Below are positions 57,493 through 63,127 of a stretch of DNA of 63,127 nucleotides, piece by piece. The position numbers were made by a program, and so were the translations under genes. Each line of letters starts with the position of its first letter. The stretch's first letter is position 1. The notes under the pieces were generated by a model. It was given only the letters and a program-made list of their open reading frames with translations. It had not been told where the DNA came from and searched no databases. The stretch is from Coleofasciculus chthonoplastes F2-STO-03 (GTDB lineage: Bacteria > Cyanobacteriota > Cyanobacteriia > Cyanobacteriales > Coleofasciculaceae), in assembly GCA_040222015.1 (NCBI GenBank), contig JAVJWO010000162.1:1-63127 (forward strand), read 5' to 3'.

Positions 57493-59468
57493 TTAGAGCA
57501 AGGATAATGCTGCTCTAAAAATGCTTTGGCATCTGCTTTATTCTTAATCACGCTATCCAAAGTTGCGGCTAACAGGGCATCTAATATCTCTTTATAGTGT
57601 GGTCCTGGCTTATACTCCAAACCTTTGAGATCATTGCCATTAAGAGGAGCTTGCACGGTTGCCAAGTTTGTGAAATAGTGCCACAACTTGCGCCGAATTG
57701 CTCTAGAACTGTGTACGGCAATCAAAACCAATGTGGGTAATTTATACTGACGTAGCAGCAATACGACTTCACTGGGATGCTGACATTGGGGTAGAGACTC
57801 CACCACTTCGGTTTGGGCTTGTCCGAGATGCTGAAGTCGCTCAATACTATCAATAGGCAATTGTAAATTTTCTGCCACCTTGCCGCGTTCTTGAGGGTCT
57901 AGATAGGCAATTAACACCTCTAGACGCATCTGCCAATGTTTTAGAGTTTGATCGGGGTCAAAGCGTCGTAACCAACGATCAATTAGACGAACCCGCCACC
58001 ATAACAAGGGGTCAAGCTTTAAGCTGGGATGAAGACAGCGTAATGCTCCGAGTGAGCCGATGAGTTGGAATGCCCGTTGCCAATAAGGAGCTTCTAGGAT
58101 GTACTTTAATTCGGCTTTCAAGCGGGTTTCTAGGGCAGGCGCTCGCGTATTTGCTCCTAGCGATCGCTCATAAACGCCACTCTCTAACGCATACTGGATA
58201 TAGTCTTGGGTTTGGGATTCCAGTTCAAAGTCCAAACGCACGGCAAATCGCACCGCTCGGTAAATGCGAGTCGGATCTTCGATAAAACTATTAGCGTGCA
58301 AAACTCGAATTTGACGCGATCGCAAATCCAACATCCCGCCAAAAAAATCCAGTAGGGGCAACGCTTCACCTCGCCTCCCCGTCAGTCGGGCTGCCATGGC
58401 GTTAATGGTAAAGTCTCGCCGATAGAGATCCTGGCGAATAGAACTGGCTTCCACTTCCGGATTCGCCGCCGGATAAGGATAAAACTCAGTCCGAGCCGTG
58501 GCAATATCAATCCACAAAGAATCCAGCACCGAGTCATTATGCCACAACAATGCTGCCGTTTGAAACGCCCCATGCACATCTAAGCGAGCATTCGGGTACC
58601 GTTCTCGCAAGGCTTTCGCCAAGGTTACTCCTGCGCCCACATCAGCCGCCCGATGAAACCCATCAACCACCAAATCCACGTCTTCTAGGAGCAAAGGTTG
58701 GCTCTTATCCGCCAGCAATACATCGCGAACGGCTCCCCCCACCACATAGAGATGCCAACCCCGTTCCTGGGCTTCCTGGGCGGCTTGAGTGAGCAATTGC
58801 CACAGGGCAGGAGCCAGACGTTCCCGCATATTTAACAGGCGGGATGAGGGATAAGTCATCGGGATGGGGCAAGTCTCTCCCCAGCGCTCTTGATCTTGGC
58901 GCAATTGTCGCAGGACATCGGTACGAGTGACAATACCGACTAACTGCCCATTCTCTAACACGGGTAAGCGTCCAATATCGTAAGTCACCATCAGCGACTC
59001 AATTTCGGGCAGTGAAGTTTGGGGGGTAATCGTTTTCAGGTTTCGGGTCATATATCCTTTAACTGGGGCATGACCTAAACCGTGATGCAGTGCCAGATCA
59101 ATATCTCGCCGTGAAATAATCCCAATTAATTGATCCTGTTCATCGACAACAGAAAGTCCAGAATGCCCATAACGCAGCAAAATCCGCTGCGCTTCGCCAA
59201 CGGTGGTATCGGGGCGAATGGTTCGCACCGGGGATGACATTAACTCTAGGGCGCTCAGGGGTTGGGGAATTTGCTCCTTGAATTGATCAACGAGTTGCGG
59301 CAAAACCTCTGGGGGATTTTCATGGCGTAGGGTGACGGCGGCGGCTTGAGAATGTCCACCTCCACCCAAAGGTTGCAAGAGTGCATTCAAATTCGTGCCA
59401 GGAATCCGCGATCGCCCGATTATCGTCAGGCGGGATGATTTTGAGTGTTGATGGTTGGATTCACTCAC
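57489..59468 (-). CDS. tRNA nucleotidyltransferase (A-adding type) with CBS pair; lacks the N-terminal DHH domain
   Basis: GGGGH (DHHA1 tail), two CBS domains, VGGAVRD, DVD, RRDFTINA, EDPTRIYRAVRFA. Confidence 0.85.
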   Translation of the reverse strand: MSESNHQHSKSSRLTIIGRSRIPGTNLNALLQPLGGGGHSQAAAVTLRHENPPEVLPQLVDQFKEQIPQPLSALELMSSPVRTIRPDTTVGEAQRILLRYGHSGLSVVDEQDQLIGIISRRDIDLALHHGLGHAPVKGYMTRNLKTITPQTSLPEIESLMVTYDIGRLPVLENGQLVGIVTRTDVLRQLRQDQERWGETCPIPMTYPSSRLLNMRERLAPALWQLLTQAAQEAQERGWHLYVVGGAVRDVLLADKSQPLLLEDVDLVVDGFHRAADVGAGVTLAKALRERYPNARLDVHGAFQTAALLWHNDSVLDSLWIDIATARTEFYPYPAANPEVEASSIRQDLYRRDFTINAMAARLTGRRGEALPLLDFFGGMLDLRSRQIRVLHANSFIEDPTRIYRAVRFAVRLDFELESQTQDYIQYALESGVYERSLGANTRAPALETRLKAELKYILEAPYWQRAFQLIGSLGALRCLHPSLKLDPLLWWRVRLIDRWLRRFDPDQTLKHWQMRLEVLIAYLDPQERGKVAENLQLPIDSIERLQHLGQAQTEVVESLPQCQHPSEVVLLLRQYKLPTLVLIAVHSSRAIRRKLWHYFTNLATVQAPLNGNDLKGLEYKPGPHYKEILDALLAATLDSVIKNKADAKAFLEQHYPCSN

Positions 59469-59558
59469 ATCTTCCAGACGTTCTACCGGAACATCTCCCC
59501 CAGCTCCCCCATCTCCCCCAGCTCCCCCTCACCACAACACTCATTCAGCAACCCCTAA

Positions 59559-60170
59559 TTATTTGGGTTGTAAGGCGAGAACCAGTGCTTTTTGCCAGGA
59601 CAGATTTTTGGCGATGAACTGACAGCGTAGGTTGCAGGAACGTCCTTTTGTATTGGCTTCCGATATCTTTAAGAATAAACGCAAGTAAAAATAGTCATTT
59701 TTGTCAGCCGCTGCTTGTAGGTTTTTAGGGGCAAAAAGAGGAGAACCGATCTTTTCATCGCTAATCTCTTCTTTTAGGGTTTGACCAGGAAGAATTGTAC
59801 TCGGTGATTGAGAGGCTGCCTCATTTTTGCCGGGAATCACGCGGATAGCTCGCCGAATGCGCTTATCAAAATCACTGATAAAACACTGTTTCCAATCAAT
59901 TTCTACGAAAACATCTTTGGATTTATTTTCAATACTCATGGATAATCGTTTCAGTTCATCCAATTCATATTTATCGGCAAAGGAGAATTTTACGATGAGA
60001 AAGTCCTGTAACTTATAGTTGGATAACTCTTTATTTAGATAAGTCGCATCGGCTTCAAATTTCACCAGCTTATCTAAGGACTGAAAGGCTCGGTTAAAAA
60101 CCAAGGCAACAACAATAAAATAAACGGTTAAAACTAATATATTTCGAGCTAATTCTGTCGCAAAATCCAT
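59559..60170 (-). CDS. Hypothetical membrane-anchored protein
   Basis: ~200-codon ORF with one N-terminal TM helix, co-oriented after corA. Confidence 0.6.
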   Translation of the reverse strand: MDFATELARNILVLTVYFIVVALVFNRAFQSLDKLVKFEADATYLNKELSNYKLQDFLIVKFSFADKYELDELKRLSMSIENKSKDVFVEIDWKQCFISDFDKRIRRAIRVIPGKNEAASQSPSTILPGQTLKEEISDEKIGSPLFAPKNLQAAADKNDYFYLRLFLKISEANTKGRSCNLRCQFIAKNLSWQKALVLALQPK

Positions 60171-60244
60171 AAACCCCAAGACTCCGAATTAATACACAAA
60201 AGTAAGCAAACCCATGATCGGTTATTAGTCGTCAGCACTCAACC

Positions 60245-61393
60245 TTAATCATGTTTGGCAAAGCGAGAATCCTCGAACCAGCCGCGACGCCAGAAAAAGA
60301 AGCATAAAGACGCCGCGATCGCGATCATCACGCCCCAACAGACAAAGTATCCCCAACGCCAGGTTAATTCTGGCATATATTGGAAGTTCATCCCATAAAC
60401 CCCAGCGATAAAGGTGATGGGAATGAAAACCGTTGACATTACGGTCAAGACTTTCATCACCTCATTCATTTTATTGCTGACGGAGGACAAGTAAACATCC
60501 ATTAAACCTGACGCCAATTCCCGATAGGTTTCTACCATATCAAGTACCTGAATCGTATGGTCATAACAGTCCCGCAAATAAATGCGAACATCTGAACTAA
60601 TCAAATGGCTACCGTCGCGAATTAATGCATTAATCGCACTGCGTTGGGGCCAAATTGAACGGCGTAATGCCAGTAATTCCCGCCGAACCTGGTAAATTTT
60701 CTCCAGGGTTTGGTGATTAGGGTTGAGAATCACTTCATCCTCTAACGCTTCGATGCGTTCCCCATAGTCTTCCAGCACTGGAAAAAACCCATCAATGATC
60801 GCATCCAAGAGCGTATACGCCAGATAATCCGCACCCGCTTGCCGTATTTTACCTTTATGTCCCCGAATTCGAGCGCGTACTGGTTCAAAACAATCCCGTT
60901 CTGGTTCCTCCTGAAATGTCAGCAAATAGGATTTCCCTAAGACAAAACTCACTTGCTCAATCCAAAACCCATCTTCTGTGGGTTTAGGCATGACCATCTG
61001 GGATATAATTAGTAACTGATCGGTATAATCTTCCACTTTAGGGCGCTGCGGAACATTAACCACATCCTCCAATAACAAGGGATGTAACCCCACAATTCGC
61101 CCCAAGCCTAATAAAATATCTTCACTACCTAACCCCTGAATATCCAGCCAAGATACGGATTCACTTGTCAGGTAAGGAGTACAAGCATCTGCGGTTAAAT
61201 TGGTTACACGATTGGCGTGACTTTCATCGTAGTCAATCAAAACGATAAATGACGGACAAGCATCTTCATCAATGCTTAAGGTTCCCGGTAAACTCCCCGG
61301 CTCATCATAGAAATACTCAAATAGATCTTCGTCATCATCGTCATCATTGGATCTTGTGGCTAACTTGCTCCCTGGAAAATGGCGTTGTGTCAT
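60245..61393 (-). CDS. corA: Magnesium/cobalt transporter CorA
   Basis: HPLLLEDV..QRPK, YLRDCYDH, GVYGMNF..MPEL. Confidence 0.95.
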   Translation of the reverse strand: MTQRHFPGSKLATRSNDDDDDEDLFEYFYDEPGSLPGTLSIDEDACPSFIVLIDYDESHANRVTNLTADACTPYLTSESVSWLDIQGLGSEDILLGLGRIVGLHPLLLEDVVNVPQRPKVEDYTDQLLIISQMVMPKPTEDGFWIEQVSFVLGKSYLLTFQEEPERDCFEPVRARIRGHKGKIRQAGADYLAYTLLDAIIDGFFPVLEDYGERIEALEDEVILNPNHQTLEKIYQVRRELLALRRSIWPQRSAINALIRDGSHLISSDVRIYLRDCYDHTIQVLDMVETYRELASGLMDVYLSSVSNKMNEVMKVLTVMSTVFIPITFIAGVYGMNFQYMPELTWRWGYFVCWGVMIAIAASLCFFFWRRGWFEDSRFAKHD

Positions 61394-61424
61394 TTAGCGC
61401 TCCTTTTTATACTTAGGATAAGGA

Positions 61425-62603
61425 TTATTCCGTGACTTGGCACAAATTCATTTTAATCCATTCAACTTCTTCTTTTAATCCCCCAGTATCCATCCAACCA
61501 ACATATCCAGCAAATTTACAGTCATTTTTATTATCATAAACATAAACATGATGCACTTGAAGAGGATTGACAACGAGGTATAGGATTCCACTACTATCTG
61601 TGAAATTGAGCGGCTGTAAACTTCCATCGATCGGACTATCTTTGGTAAAATCCAACATTTTCTTGGTCATGCCGCGAACTTTATATAAACGATTAATCAC
61701 ATCTCGGATAATTCCTTGACTCCCCAGAATATTAGACGTAACTATATTAGCAGTTTGGGAACAATGCCAATAAGAACCATGAGCATCAGCTACACCTAAT
61801 GCAAGTGCTGCTTCAAATTGACCAACAGCACGGGCAGCTTTTTCGGCTAGATTGGCATCAGTCGAGATATATTCATCTCGAAAATAAAGGTTATCAGAGG
61901 GTTGGAGATTTAAGCTTGACCGCAGCGGATAAGCAATCAAATCTGAGGAATGAATGATATTGCGCCATCTTAGCGGCTGGTTTTGATAACGATTGGCAAA
62001 TTGTTTAAGTTTGTCGGGACTAACCTCTAACATCATATTCAGGAATAAAATGGGTGATCCCATTGTTGTGATGCTTTTGAGATGTACTTTTCTCATTGGT
62101 TCAGACTGGTTTAAGCCATGAATCATGGCTCGAATATCATGAGCTGGCTCTTCGGGGCTGAATCTCTCGGAAAATAAGATATCCCATAGGATAACACTTC
62201 CCAGCGAGTGGGTAATGATATGGAGTTCTGTTTCTGTAGGATTTTTGGTCAGAAAATCGGCTAGCTGTTGAGCAATCAGATTTCTGATAGCAGCACCTCG
62301 TTCAGGATTTAGGTAACTTAAAAAATCTCCACCGAATTCTGATAGGAATCCTTCGCGAAATTCTCGATAGCGGAAAATATCATCTGGGCTAGTTTTGGGA
62401 TACTCTTTCTTAAGTTCTTGCAAGTCTTGATGAATACAGTTCCATATCTTGCCAACATCATTTAGGACATTTGCCCAAAAACAAGAATAAAAATGAGGAC
62501 GAGATTCTCCTAGTTGGTCAAACTCTTCCTGAATGAGACGTTGTAGTGGATCGGCATATCTGACGTTGGATGTGGCAACACCGTGAATAAAAAATACGAG
62601 CAT
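61425..62603 (-). CDS. Hypothetical alpha/beta-hydrolase-like protein
   Basis: FIHGV, THSLGS nucleophile elbow, TMGSP, DLIAYP, AHGSYW. Confidence 0.65.
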   Translation of the reverse strand: MLVFFIHGVATSNVRYADPLQRLIQEEFDQLGESRPHFYSCFWANVLNDVGKIWNCIHQDLQELKKEYPKTSPDDIFRYREFREGFLSEFGGDFLSYLNPERGAAIRNLIAQQLADFLTKNPTETELHIITHSLGSVILWDILFSERFSPEEPAHDIRAMIHGLNQSEPMRKVHLKSITTMGSPILFLNMMLEVSPDKLKQFANRYQNQPLRWRNIIHSSDLIAYPLRSSLNLQPSDNLYFRDEYISTDANLAEKAARAVGQFEAALALGVADAHGSYWHCSQTANIVTSNILGSQGIIRDVINRLYKVRGMTKKMLDFTKDSPIDGSLQPLNFTDSSGILYLVVNPLQVHHVYVYDNKNDCKFAGYVGWMDTGGLKEEVEWIKMNLCQVTE

Positions 62604-62755
62604 AGTTTAATTCTGATCTGTGATTACCTGATCCAGTGTTACCCAAAAAATAGGCGATCGGCAAATCTCAAACTGTGGATGTCTGCTCCTACAAATCCGC
62701 TGTAGGGGAGGGTTTAGCCGTTCACTTGCCAAAACCCGCCCTCTAATCCGTTCGT

Positions 62756-63127
62756 CGGTCAATAAATATAATCTTATTCATAGCATTTATAGGCAGGGCG
62801 GGTTTTGTATTCCAGTTAGTATGAACTATCAAGGTTAATTCCTAAACCCGCCCCTACACCTTAATGTAATTCATCCTGTATTTCTAATTACTTCTTCCTC
62901 GGTCAATACAGATAATCTTATTCATAGCATTTATAGGCAGGGCGGGTTTTGTATTCCAGTTAGTATGAACTATCAAGGTTAATCCCTAAACCCGCCCCTA
63001 CACCTTAATGTAATTCATCCGGCATTTCTAATTACTTCTTCCTCGGTCAATACAGATAATCTTATTCATAACATTGATAGGCAGGGCGGGTTTTGTATTC
63101 CAGTTAGTATGAACTATCAAGGTTAAT
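62756..63127. repeat. 144-bp tandem repeat (at least 2.6 units, running off the window) containing a REP doublet
   Basis: ATCTTATTCATA recurs at 62771, 62915 and 63059; each unit holds GCAGGGCGGGTTT...AAACCCGCCCCTAC. Confidence 0.92.

Noticed and set aside
62756..63127. CRISPR array or repeat-encoded 48-aa peptide
   Set aside because: Whole units are duplicated with no variable spacer, and the ORF track shows no ORF here

Overview
Chromosomal segment of a filamentous cyanobacterium (inferred from abundant HIP1 GCGATCGC octamers, STRR-type short tandem repeats, GTAG-family REP palindromes and a CpcD-like domain gene; the repeat style suggests Oscillatoriales/Coleofasciculus-like, which is inference). 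Housekeeping genes: hflX, dapL, carA, mini-RNase III, rlmB, larB-like, pheT, corA, an ABC1 kinase, a PP2C, three Hanks kinases and a 5'-truncated CBS/A-adding tRNA nucleotidyltransferase. Accessory blocks: (i) a persulfide dioxygenase-rhodanese-TauE operon; (ii) an AT-rich ABC-ATPase + TOPRIM-like pair (PARIS/AbiL-like defence candidate) bracketed by inverted REP composites; (iii) a same-strand cluster of RTX/SdrD adhesin, filamentous haemagglutinin, secreted TPR-CHAT protease, DUF928 protein with eight tandem 22-aa GG(T/V/I)RG repeats and a CHASE2-PP2C sensor, the best candidate for an undescribed proteolytic signalling system; (iv) an SDR fused to an Fe/2OG oxygenase; (v) an IsrB (OMEGA) element with upstream omega-RNA, a mini IS605/tnpB element and two orphan tnpB right ends; (vi) a MITE family that inserts into REP loops with 9-bp target duplications. 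Two genes appear to use non-canonical start codons (ATC, ATT). No rRNA, tRNA or CRISPR array was seen. All calls come from reading motifs; no database search was run.
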